Shown piece after piece: positions 40,974-53,402 of a stretch of DNA of 64,000 nucleotides (the first letter of the stretch is position 1; each line of letters opens with the position of its first letter). The DNA is from Kondoa subrosea. Taxonomy: Eukaryota. The notes beneath the pieces were generated by a model. That model had not been told where the DNA came from and ran no database searches. It was given only the letters and a program-made list of their open reading frames with translations. Made by a program: the position numbers and the translations under genes. The stretch covers positions 496,001-560,000 of the forward strand of contig BCIN01000005.1 in assembly GCA_039545335.1 (NCBI GenBank), written 5' to 3'.

Positions 40974-42758
40974 TAAACCATCAAAACGTGGCTCGAGAAA
41001 GAAGCTGGTCTGCTCTATTTGATCCACCTAGGGTCAGTATTGGTAACAGGGTATCGTTCGTTCTGGAAGTCGACAATATGTTGTATAGTATAGTATTTTC
41101 TGAAGCGCACAGCTTGAAAACTGATGTGCATTCCGTTCTCTTGTTGCGCACTAGAGGACTCAGCGCGGCGATCGGAATCAGCAAGATCGTAGACAAACAC
41201 TACCTCGATTCTCCTCTCTGGTCTTTTGCTTCTTCTGAAGGGAGTTTAGGCCAAGCCCATGCTTCCTGTGCTGATCTAAACCTCGAGCCATGTTCGACGC
41301 TCTTCATGCATCCTTACTTTACTTTGAGGACAGTAGCATCTTCTCGAATGAGGTCTTCCTTGCAGACTCTTGCTCGCTCAATTTCGAACGTCTCGCTTAA
41401 TGTCGACAATATAATGACGCATGGTGCCGCTCACGTCTTTCCTCCCTGCGTCGGTAAAAAGGTAGCAACAAAGTCCGGAATCTTGTTCATTGCTTCCTCT
41501 TATTTTCTTTATTATCATCATCCATGCTCAAGCAGCTGTGACCGACCTCGCGTCACAATCTTTATGAAATGGTTTGACGCTGTGTAAGGCAGTCTGGTTC
41601 GCAATCCTCCTTTTGCTCGATGGCTCATAAGGTTCAACGCAGGTTAAGCCATTTCGCGAAGATTGTGAATCTGCCCAGGTCAAAAGCTTTTGAGTGCCTA
41701 CTTATACCATTCTCAGCCGTGAACTATACCTTGCTTTGTCGTGGCACATACCTCGCTTCTTGTGTCTCTTTAGTTAAGAACACATGCGCAACGGCAAGTA
41801 AGCTCATTTCCTTCTCCTTTTTACAACATGGACTGACACATTCTTATGCCTGATAGGTTACTCTGGCTATCGATAGGCAGCTTGAAAGAGGCGGGCAATG
41901 CATCAGCCGAAGTGAACTTATCACTTCTGTCGCATACCCATTCGCCTTTTCAAAGCGTGCCTATCGAAAACCGGTAAACGGTATCGAGACTGGAAGGTGA
42001 CCAGATTTCTGCCTCGCCAAGAAGACCGGATCAAGCGCAAGAATGATGTTGATGGATTCAAGCTTGATCTCTACCTCCACCCTTGACTGCTAGGATGTGA
42101 TTGCCGCCTTTACTAGGCTAACATCCAAGTCTTGGGCACGCTGGAGGGAGATCGGGCTTGGGATGACGAGCCTTGCATGCCAAGTGTTACGCTTCCGGAG
42201 AAGACGGGCTGGCAGCAATTCCTGCTATCAAGCTAAGTTCTCGTTTCCAACCCTGCATTAGTCTGCATTGATTGGATGCTTCTACAGATGACAGACTCTT
42301 ACTTCATTGTCTCCAGCTCATTTGCTCAAGATTGCCGTCTTCTTGCTTTCAGAAGCTGCTCTGCTTCTTTTCAGCTCGCTCCTCTACTTTGCTATGAAAG
42401 AATGTTGCTTCGCCGTGCTTGTCAACGAAATGCAACATTAGGTTAGTGAGTCTCCGTTGTTACCAGCTTTGAACGATTCTGACTCTGGCTACTGCCCCGA
42501 AGGTAAAAACAGTCCTGTTCCGCGAGAGACGGAAATAATACAAGAGCTCCGCTTTCCGAGAAGGTCAGGCATAGCGATTGCCGCAGTACTCTTTAAGTAC
42601 TCTGTTTTGGCGTTCATTACGAACGCAGTCGCTATCCTTCTGCCTCTGTATGCTTTCACACCCCACAATCTAGTTCAGTATATAGCTTTGTTGCCTCAGT
42701 GTAAGATTTTATTGTAACATGATGGATACTTCGAATGCCCTTAAACATCATTGACCTC

Positions 42759-42861
42759 GCAGATAATGATCAGAACGTCTCAAACATGTATTGCAACTTG
42801 TACTGGAAGCAGATAATGATCAGAACGTCTCAAACATGTATTGCAACTTGTACTGGAAGCA
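42759..42861. repeat. Perfect tandem duplication of a 50-bp unit
   Basis: GCAGATAATGATCAGAACGTCTCAAACATGTATTGCAACTTGTACTGGAA occurs twice head to tail. Confidence 0.92.
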
Positions 42862-44081
42862 AAAGTGCATCTTCCATAGTATTCTTAATAAGCGAATAAG
42901 CTGTATTCGTCCTTCTTGATGTCCCGCATTTCCAGATTGATATCATGTTATCTTCAATCGGTAAAATGGGACGCTGGCATCTTCTCGAAAGGTACAGAGA
43001 AAGCACCTCCATCTAGCGCATTTTTCAGACAAGGTTTCCATAAGGACCGGGCCATCGCAGGAGGCTGATTATGACTCAGTTTTGAGAATAAACGAAGTGA
43101 TCTGAAAAGACTCACAATCTTTGATACTGATTTACGGGTCTCCTCAAAGACACCTAGAGGGTTGAAAATCGTACCACCTTGATGATCAGCAGCTATAGAA
43201 GGCTAAGACAAATGTGGTTCGAGCCTTTGATCAAATCGGGCGCGACAAAGAGACTTACAAGGCCGTTGAGCAGCATGTCAAGAGTCAAAGTCTTTCCCGG
43301 AAGTTGTTCAAAGGTGATCACCATCATTGCACCAATCCGACCATCTCGACGTCTTTCCTCTTCATTTTCCTGTAACATTTTGATCGGTGACATAGGAACA
43401 TGCTTATAGATCTTCTTGATCTGTTTCGTGTCCACCACATCAGCTGATACCAATTCGTAATACGTGGCGACATCTCTGGAATTCGTGCGAGAAAGGATGA
43501 TAATGAGAAAATGAGTCTTGCGTCGTTCGATATCGCTAAGGAGGTCCAAGGCCAACCAAGCTGCAACTCCGAGAATTTTGCTGTAACAGTTCTGAATGAG
43601 AATGTAAGCCCTGCACGAACAGCAACCACTGACCCGTTGTGAACGGCCGTCCACTTCTGCAAGTCTTCTAAGCTTTCAATTCTCGGTCGGATGTGAGCCA
43701 CGAAAAGGAAAGATGCGAATATTGATACTTACTGCGCTCTGGCAAGAGGAGAAGTCTTCGCTGCGTCTACCTTGTCTCTGATCACGCGCTTAACCCATTC
43801 ACCGCTGGCAATCTCATCGCTACAGCGGCCAATAAGATAGAATCAATGCCAGCCTACTACAAAAGGAATCATCGGACTCACCAGAGCTTCTTATGCCTGG
43901 GATAGTCCTTCTTCTGACAAACAGCTATACATGCACAGAAAGCTGAGATGACAAGGAGACATAGAAGCAAGGGGAGCTGACAGCTACAGTAGCGGGCAGT
44001 TTTGCATTTGCTGCAGGTCTTGAGCTTGGCTAGACCGAGTTCTTGAGCTGTCTTGTAGCAGACATCGCATTTCAAAGACAT
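42830..44081 (-). CDS. MYND-type zinc finger protein (3' end approximate)
   Basis: MSLKCDVC...LKTCSKCKTARYCS|AVCQKKDYPRHKKLC is a canonical zf-MYND; downstream exons are only partly resolved. Confidence 0.7.
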
Positions 44082-44330
44082 GATTACGTGACGGAAACAA
44101 GTTTAAGGGGAACCAGAGGGGATATCTCAAAACAATGCTTGGGTATAGCTCAATGCCTGGTCTGGTATACCCTCGAAGCGTGATGGTATATTGCAAGAGT
44201 CGACGTTCTGCTCGAAAGTGCAGCTTTGCTTTTAGCGACCGCGAGCCGTTGCCCCTCAGCGAACTACAGTACTAAGTTTGCACTCCATTCTCTGCTCTGT
44301 TGCATCTCTGTGCTCGTCGCTACGTAAGGC

Positions 44331-46110
44331 ATGTCCAAGAGGGCAGAAAAGGCTGAGCGGCAAGCTCGAACTGGCGAGTACAATCGAAGTAGCGTTTGTC
44401 TCACCTGTCACTATATGTAAGCTTGCACTGTGCACCTTTTGGATTCTCCTTATTCTGAAAAAAAGGCCAGAACCCGACTCAAGTGATCAGAAACTCAAGA
44501 GATGCGCGAGGTGTAAATGGGCCTTTTTTGCTCGGAGAGTCACCAGCAAATGTAAGTTATCGTCGTGTGGCAACGTGTGCTATCAAAGCGAACGCTCACA
44601 GACGCGCTTCGACAGAGATTGGAAGCGGTAAGAAATTGTCTCTGATAAGTTAAGCATGAACTTACCGCTGGATGTAGACACAAAGCTGCTGAATGCGACC
44701 CTATCAAGCGCGGTCTAGCTGAAGGCAAATCTATATCAGCGATTCTCGTGGAAGGAAAAATGGATACACCCAGTGCTGCCAGACAGCGACTCTACAACCC
44801 TTTGAACTCTCTTACAGCTTTACCCGCTTTTACCAAATCGATACGCCTCGAGCGCTTTTGGCCTGCTTTTGCTCTAATAACCTTTTCAGCAAAACTTCGC
44901 GGAGATTGGCCAACTTATGAATTTACAGAAGAATACTATATCAAATCCGTTCATAAAAGGGCAGATAACTCAACACTATTGACATATGCTAATAAGACTT
45001 CGCGGAATCAATTCGAAAACGGTCCACTTTCATGGTTCCCAAAAGCAAAAAGCGAGAGGGACGCTATTCTGCTGCGCAATCGGATTCGCAACCGTGGCTT
45101 TTTGGTGGAACTAGCGTTGGGCTTGTGTCTATCCGTACGGAAGATGATTTACGGAAAAGGCTATGGTTTTACTTACTTTGATAAGCCAATTACGGTGCGT
45201 TTTCAGAAAGCTTGATGACCTGGTAGTGAGTGATGTTATCTTTGCCTAGGATTTCGGAGTTGCAGCTGGGAAAGCGAAAATAGTTGCTGAAGATTTAGTT
45301 TGGGTGCTATACCCTGGCTGTTCTGTGGATTGCGTCCATGAAATGCCAGATCCATCAGAGCATTATTGGCTGGTAAGATGACATCCCTTCCTGTATGATC
45401 AGTCACTGACTTGTGGCTTAGTACTTTGATGCTGGAGGAGAGCGCATATATTGTAGAATCTTTTCGCTCTTCACATTACGGCAATCGTTGATTGCGGAAT
45501 ATGCCCTAGACGATTTCAATCTCTTAATCTACAATTTCATGATGTACACCGTCACTGAACAGTACGCAACTTCAGCTCTAAAACAGGCTCTGCCCAATGC
45601 CGTTCCAGCATCCGAATTCGGTCGCGCGAGTGGTATGTCTCTAGACAGTTTTCATTAGGTTGACGTTGAATATAATCCTACTCAGAGATTGTTATGCCTG
45701 GCCTCAGTCTAGACGAAGAGAGACAAGGCAGATCTAGATTTTCGGTTGCGCAAATGCCGGCAGACCAGTTCGAAAGTGCGACGAAAGAGCTGCTGCAAAC
45801 AGATTATCGAAGATTACCGGCTAGTACAGGAATATCCCTCGCTAATATCTCCCATACTATTCGGGATGGCAGAAAGCAAGATAACGCGCCGGACCAGCTA
45901 TCTAGTGAGTTTGGCTCGCATACCGGGAAAGCATTATCTGATGTCGTGCTCAGACTTGGCTATCTCTGTCGTGTATCGGGAAGGCATGACATACTTCGAA
46001 GAGATTCTGAAGACAGGCGCCTGGAAGAACTTTCCAAAGACTGCCCTTGTTGGGCCTATCACGAGCTGTTCGGCACTTGCTTATGTAATCTCGTTTGCTC
46101 TTTCTGCATG
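44331..46110 (+). CDS. Probable divergent MYND-like protein (boundaries approximate)
   Basis: QKLKRCARCKWAFF...DWKR|HKAAEC resembles a MYND finger; further coding-like exons follow, but the 3' end is not resolved. Confidence 0.45.
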
Positions 46111-46248
46111 ACTTTAAGCAATATTGCTATCCATTGTATACGTCGTCATATTCACGTATATTGTAGTCGTTTTGACTCTATCTTGAGTCCTGAGCAATCT
46201 CCTCGCATATTACGTGAACACTTCTTTTCCTGCTGCAAGCACCTTGTC

Positions 46249-47401
46249 ATGAGTTTCTACGATCTGAATATACCCTGGCCCGTCAATGTCCCTGCAGCAA
46301 GTACCCTGACAGCAAAACAGAAGGGCAAGCAGCCTGCTGCGAATGCAAATACGGCTTCGAATGATTCATCCACTGGACTCTCTGCTTTACCCATCTCAGC
46401 TCAGGCAGATCTCAGATCCAATGTAGAGATGCTCATTCACTTAGGCTACTCAATTTGTGCCTTCAACGTCTTCTTACCTCTCGACACTTATTCCACGCAA
46501 AATGTCAAGCAGCTCAATCCATGCTATAATTTCTTACCTCCCTTTCCTGATCTCGATCCTAGGCAAGCGAGTACGAGTAAAGATCAAGTGAAAAGTCAGG
46601 GCAAGATCATGCAATTGAGTCGCTTGACTATCGAACTGGATGAGAAATGTGTAGGCGGGAAAGGCAACGGTTCATGCTTTGTCAGTCTCCACCATAATGT
46701 CCCTCAGTCTAGTGAATGACTGATATCATGGTGATCATTGACAGACAACAGCCAATGCATCACATTTAGGAACATACGACCTCATTTCAGTCTTACCAAA
46801 AGATACAACTTCTTTCGCTCAAGCTTGTCAATCCATTTCTTCACCAGCCAACAACGCAGTAGATATAATCACTCTAGATCTAGCAACTTCGGCTAAACTG
46901 CCTTTTATGCTCAAACGTTCCGTCGTTCTCTCAGCTTTACAACAAGGTGTACAATTCGAAATCGTTTATGGTATAACATTACGAACAGGATCGTCGGACG
47001 TACCAAAAGAAAGCAGAAGAAACGTTTTTGCCGGAGCGAGGGAATTGATCAGAATGACCAATGGCAAGAATATTATTTTGAGTTCGAGCGTTAAGAAATG
47101 TATGGAATTGAGGAGTCCAGGGGATGTAAGTAATTTGGCTCATTTAATGGGTATGACGGAAGATCAAGCGAAAGAAACCGTTTCTGGCAATCCGAGGAAA
47201 GCGGTCATGAGAGGTTATAGTGCTAGGAATGCGTACAGGGGAGTTCTCAAAGGTCCAGAGGTCGTTATTACGAGAAAGGAGAAAAAGAAGGGGAAGAAGA
47301 GAGCTGCAATAGAGGGCGAAGAGGTACAGGGCAGTCCAGTGAAGCGAGCTAGGGTAGAAGTAGTAGAGGAAAGTTCGCAGGCGGAGGAGGTTGTAGCATA
47401 G
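46249..47401 (+). CDS. RPP1: RNase P/MRP subunit p30
   Basis: MSFYDLNIPWP...LIHLGYSICAFN...LSRLTIEL...YDLISVLP...DIITLDL...GVQFEIVYG...TNGKNIILSS...LRSPGDVSNL. Confidence 0.9.
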
Positions 47402-47544
47402 AGTATGCAAGCAGGCTTGTGTTCTAATATCAACAGACCGCAGGCAGATAGAGTCCTCGCGAGGCAAGACAAAGTAACGCATTGCAATGTAGAGCTCAAT
47501 AATCTCATGCAACCAAGGTACTAATATAGATCCCAATGAACGCT

Positions 47545-48180
47545 TTAACGAGCGCTCTTTGCTGATCCCTTTGCTCCCTGTTTGCTGATCTTGGGTGCAG
47601 TGGTTTTGCCAGATCCAGCAGATGCCTGTACGAATGAACCAATGCTAATCAGCAAAGACTGAAACATCCGTTGAACAATCGTACCTTCTTCTTCTTCTCT
47701 AGCTCGGCCTTCTTATCCTTGGCTGCCTTGATAGCTGCCTGTCTTTGCGCGTCTCTGACTTCAGGCTGTGACGGAAGCGACTTCGTTAACACTATATATG
47801 TGCATCTGAACGCTGAACCTCACCTTCTGGTTCCTCTTGGCTTGAATGGCAGCTAGATCTGCACCAACGATACCCCTTTGAACTTTAACAGTCTTCTTGC
47901 TTCGCTTCTTGGCAACTTCTTCAGTAATACCTTTGCGGTGCGCACGACGGTAAACTTGAGTCCATGCAAGCTTTCTAGGGTTCTTGCGTTGAAGGAAAAG
48001 TGATTCTTCTTTTGAGGTCACGAATCGGTAGACACGAGAGTCTAGACGAATGTAGAGCTTGCCCTAATGAATACACAAATCCAGGTGATAAGATTCTGTG
48101 TTGATGTGGCACGAGAACAGCTAATGCACCTTTGAAGGGTAGATTTTGTAACCGGAGAAAGAGCACTGTTCGACCTTCAT
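47545..48180 (-). CDS. RPL24: 60S ribosomal protein L24 (eL24)
   Basis: MKVEQCSFSGYKIYPSK|GKLYIRLDSRVYRF...QRKNPRKLAWTQVYRRAHRKGITEEVAKKR. Confidence 0.95.
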
Positions 48181-48894
48181 TGTTGGCCTATATTACCTAT
48201 TCAAGACCGCAGAACAGCACAATCAGCCTCTGCCCTTCTTGTAATGTCGTTCACTAGAGGCAATAGAGGGGTATAGCAGCAGTTTGCAATTCGGAGCAGG
48301 ATTCGAGTCGAATTTGCCTGCTTCGAGGTATCGTTCATAGAGGTATCTGATTCTGGTATATCCACGCCCACATCCAAGGAGCATATCCTCACCTTTCTTG
48401 AAGATGGTCTCCTTCTCTCAAAAGAGCCAAATTTCTCAAGGCAGAGAGATTTTTTCAAGTAATCGCCGTTTAGTCTTAACTTAAGTCAGGAGGCGGAGAG
48501 AAGGGAGAGAGCCTTTCTTCTCCTTTCCTTTCCTCGCTTTTTTGAGCCATGCGTCTTACCTCAGTATGCTGCTCATACACCGTGAAATTTTCCAATTTAC
48601 GATTTTCGCACTATCGCAACAAGCAAGGTGAAAAGCTCTCTAGGTGGTTGCCACGCATCACTTGTGCTCTCAAGGTCTTTCTCTCGCGATCTCCGTGCAA
48701 TGCGATAAAATCGCCAATGTTTTCCCTTTGTATTACGAGGTCGTTTTTTCGCTGTCATCACATGTCTCTTCTGGACTTGCTACCGCATGTCTCGCGTATA
48801 GTCATATAAGATCGTTCGATATCACACTTTCTTCTTCTTCACTTCACCTAGCCATTCGTTTGATACTTTCCCGCGGATCTCTATTTGCGAATGG

Positions 48895-50334
48895 ATGGGT
48901 TCTTCTGATATTCGCTCTCCTGGCAAGCGGAAGCCTCCCAAGCCTACTACAGCTTCATCTACAGCTTCTAAATCGATACCATTTGAAAACATATCACCTA
49001 AACGGAATCAGGCAAGTTCGCAAGGCATTGGATCGCCCCCTCCTTCCTACCGACCTCAACTATCACCTTCTCCTCCCTCTCAATCGCCATCAAGGCAAGC
49101 AAGTAAAGCAGACGATGAGGCAGCAAAGAAGGCTAGACATTTGAGTGTAGCGGCGTCATCGATCTCAGTCGAGTAAGCCTTCGATCCATTTGTCCACACG
49201 CCATGACTGATGCATACAAGCAGCTCAAATGCGCTACTAGTACTACCGCCTGAAGTCATATATACGCCGAAACGCAAAGTTCTCCAAAAGTCGCCTCTCG
49301 GCAAAAGCAATGCATCTCAACCTCAATCGCGGTCTGCCAGTCCGCAACAGCGTTCGCCTCAGCTTCTGCAGGATGTATCTTCAAGCAATTCGAGTCCAGC
49401 TAAAACACAAGCAAGTGATAAACAGCCAATTAGACCTCTTCCAGTGGTCTTGCAGAATTCGCCTCTGTCCAAAGAAGTCTCCTTCGCAGAACAACATACA
49501 GTCATACCAGCACCAACATGGCGATACTCTACAACCTATTCGACCACAAGCTCAGCAATGCTCGAAGATGAGAGCTACGATATGGAAGAATGGCAACCTG
49601 TTTCATCTATCTCTCCGTCAAAGCTACTTGCACCAATGCGCGAATCTACGTCCAGTTCTCTCTTACCTCCTTCTCCTACTCGATTACCACATCATCCACC
49701 TAGAGAAATTGCAATCGATGTACAAAGGCATCAAAAACAACTTCGACATATACTACAAACCAAGCAAATCAATATGAGGAATGCTACAAGACGATTGAGG
49801 CATTTGGAAGGTTTAGCAGTAGCAGTATGGACAGTCTTTGGCCTCATCTTCGCCGCTATTGCAGCTTTAGGGATAATCTGGTATTGGCCTCCCGAAGAAG
49901 CTGAAAGAAGCGAAATCATCAAGTTCCAATTACTCGTTGGTATTGTTCCTGTCGGAGCTTTAATGGCCTCAATAGGCATCGGTCTACTTTTACAGTTCTT
50001 GCGACAATCCCATCTCTTTATTCGAAACGAATATCTGCTCTTTGAGTATTCTGAAACACTCAATCTCATCTTGAACATCTCTCGTTTAATAGTCGATATC
50101 GATAATTCTGCCAATGTCGAAAACCGTCATATTCTTCTGGAAGAAACGACTGATATTCTTACAAGAGCAGTACTGCTTAAGCAAAGGTATGAAGCAGCCA
50201 ACACTTCCAAAGTGGTACGAAGAACGCTATGCAAGATCCTCTTCGCACCAGCTTACGTCTTTTATTTCTTACTCGCTGGTAGCAGGGACGGAGCAAAATC
50301 GAAAAGGGAAGTGAAACTTTCGCCTCTTCTTTGA
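48895..50334 (+). CDS. Hypothetical protein: Ser/Pro-rich N-terminus and 2-3 C-terminal transmembrane segments
   Basis: Two long ORFs joinable by a short intron; hydrophobic stretches GLAVAVWTVFGLIFAAIAALGIIWYW and FQLLVGIVPVGALMASIGIGLLL. Confidence 0.6.
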
Positions 50335-50602
50335 GTATTGGCTGTATGGTCTATTCGATGGGAGTAGCTGCATGCTGTTGCTTGGGAAAACAGGAGAAAT
50401 GGTTAGACGAGATAGATGATCGGGCTCAACAGGCTGGCAGATGGGGAACGGTCGTCGTGCAAGAAGTATGAGAAGCGGTTGTTACGATGCTATAGTCGTT
50501 GTTCGGGCACTTACAGAAGCTGTCGACCTTATATTTTGAAGTTTGAAGGCATGCTGCGCGACAATGAATAGCGTCACTTTGTGACAACGACTTTCCTTGC
50601 GC

Positions 50603-53326
50603 ATGGAGCACATCAAGATAAGCAAAGTAAGCAGCCAGCTGATAGACACGCAGGTACAACAGCAAAGGCACAATCTCGCTGATACCGCTTCATTCTCGTC
50701 AGGTCGAGCACGTCGGGTTTCTGCAAAGCGGATGGCCTCAAGCTTCCACATCTGCACGCAAAGAGCCAGAAAAGGAACGGCTCGGCACTCTACATATCAC
50801 ACCTCATCACTTGATCTTTGCTTTCGATGAACCTCGCGAAGGGGAAGATGCTGAATTCTGGTTACCGCACCCTATCTTGGCTAATCTGACTTTGCATCCA
50901 CCTTCCAGTGCTGCTATCATTCCTCTAGTAGCCCGTACTCGAACATTTTCTGTCTATACTTTCCTCTTTCGAAGTCATATTAAAGCGAGCGAGGTTTGGG
51001 ATTCAGTCAAAGGCATAGTCAATTCCACTACAAGTCTCTCTTCTCTCTATTCTTCTGCTCAAGCTCCCATCGTATCTTCAAAAGACAGTCTTTCGTCAAA
51101 AGAAGGTTGGTCAATATATGTTCCAGAAGAAGAGCTTTATCGAATGGGAGCTATTCCTCGACCTGGAACGACAGAATGTCGATCAGAAGCTTGGAGATGG
51201 ACTGACGTGAATGCCGACTTTGAGTTCTGCGCTACTTATCCTGCCAAATTAGCTGTTCCTGCAAAGATCAGCGACGTGACTTTGCGATACGGGAAAACGT
51301 ATAGAAGTAAAGCTCGTGTGCCTGCATTAGTTTACTTACATTGGGCGAATCTTGTGAGTACATAGACCGACCGCCATTCAATAAGCTAAAGACTCCAAAT
51401 TAGGGCTCAATTACACGTTCCTCTCAGCCCATGGTCGGTCTCAAGAATGCTAGATCAATACAAGATGAGAAGCTCATCGAAGCCATCTTCCATTCCCATA
51501 CGCAACACTCAGCAACAGATGCTTCAGCTCCAGCTTCAAGCGTTTATGGAGCTAAAGCAGCGAATTTGATTATTGATGCTCGACCCACAACAAACGCGGT
51601 CGCTAATTCGGTCAAGGGAGCTGGGACGGAGAATATGGAGCATTATAGAGACTGCAAAAAGGCTTATTTGGGTATCGACAATATACATGTCATGCGAGAG
51701 TCATTGCGAATTTTGATTGATGGTATGTCATCCTTTGTTGTATCTTTCATTGTACATCATGCTGATCAGAGTATTGTGGCAGCTATTCGCGAGTCGGAAG
51801 CAACAGGCTACGTTGATCGACAAGCATTGAGACGATCTGGCTGGCTCAAACATCTTTCAGCAATACTGGAAGGAGCTGTGCTTATAGCAAAGAACGTTCA
51901 TGTGGCCAACTCGCACGTTCTGGTCCATTGCTCGGATGGTTGGGATCGGACAGCGCAACTTTCCGCAATCGCTCAATTATGCCTCGATCCCTTTTATCGC
52001 ACCATGAAAGGGTTCGCTATCCTTATCGAGAAGGATTGGCTTTCGTTTGGTCATAAATTCGCTCATCGAGCCGGTCATCTTGTTCCAGATCGGACTTCTT
52101 TCGAAGCTTTACATGGAGATTCGATTTCAACGCAAGCAGCAATTCTGGCATCCGTTCAGAAAAATCTCGTCTTCTCTTCTGCAGCTTTCAAAGAAACTTC
52201 GCCAGTCTTCCATCAATTCCTTGACTGCGTTTATCAGATCATGCGACAGTATCCCAAAAGATTTCAGTTCGGCAGCAAGATGTTGGAAACCTTATACTAT
52301 CAGCTTTATTCTTGCCAATTTGGTACTTTCTTATACAACAACGAGTCTGAACGGAAAGGCTCGACACCTAAAGCTTCGGAAACGACTCGATCGGTTTGGG
52401 AACTCTTCTTCTCTGCAGACGGAACCCCGAAAGCGCAATTCCTCAATGCAGAATATGAAGCAAAACTCGATGACCCGGACGATAGATCGATAGAAGCAGA
52501 TCAAGGTGTTCTTTTGCCTTCACCATCAAAAGTCGTTTTCTGGCATGAACTGTTTCACAAAACTGCAGATGAAATGAATGGAGGAGAACTGGATGAAACA
52601 CCTCCAGATATTATTGAAGTCGAAGGAGTGGCAGATGATCCGGTAGTCTCAATCATTGAAGATGCCAACATGGGTTTGGTCCAGAATGTCGCGCAAGCTA
52701 TCCCACGGAATTTGGCACCTACTGCTCCAAACCGATCTTCTTCGCCTGGTTATGGCTCTTCTTCCACTAACACTTCTACACAAGCGCCGGTACAGTTGCA
52801 GAATGCTGTTCAGTCCGTTTGGCGATTTGGCGGATCAAGCTGGAAAGCCTTGCGTAACACGTACCAGGAAACAGTCAAGGAATATCAGACTCCTACTGCT
52901 TCACCCACTCATACTGAAGTGCCTGCCTCGGCTCGATCTGCGAAACATTCAGATTCAGCGGAACTCGGCACTTTCAAGCCAGGCAAGCAGCAGCAGCAGC
53001 AATCGAACGGCAGTAATAGCAGACCAGTATCGCAACCATCTTCAAGACCTTCTTCTGTGCCAAGTTCACCTCGTCGAAGTACAGTTGCATTGGCTGCTGA
53101 GAAACAGCCGGCGACACGAGAGGCAACGACATCTGAATCTGTGCCACTCGCGCATCCGGGAGTGACTCAAACTACACAAAGTAATCCATGGGCAAAAGAA
53201 GAAACCTTTGCAAAATCGAAAGACCTGCCAGCCATGCAAGCTTTATCATTGAATCAATCGCAACCACCGGAAACGAGACGGAGTACGAGTACTGTATCTA
53301 TCGATCCTTTGGGTGTCGGATACTAA
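50603..53326 (+). CDS. YMR1: Myotubularin-family PI(3)P phosphatase
   Basis: FCATYP...YRSKARVPAL, IIDARPTTNA, IDNIHVMRES, catalytic VLVHCSDGWDRTAQ, IEKDWLSFGHKF, SPVFHQFLDCVYQ. Confidence 0.92.
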
Positions 53327-53402
53327 ATGTTGCGTATTCTCGAGCTGGGAGAAATGCCCCATAAATATGCTTCCATCTATTTTAACAACTTGTACACGTT
53401 TA

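Noticed and set aside
41000..42750. Possible gene or transposon remnant between UBC13 and the MYND gene
   Set aside because: Only short stop-interrupted frames, with no domain, TIR or LTR that I can recognise; left unannotated.
45694..46719. 341-aa ORF read as one protein or a fusion with RPP1
   Set aside because: RPP1 homology starts at ATG 46249; the upstream part looks like the tail of the previous gene plus spacer, open by chance.
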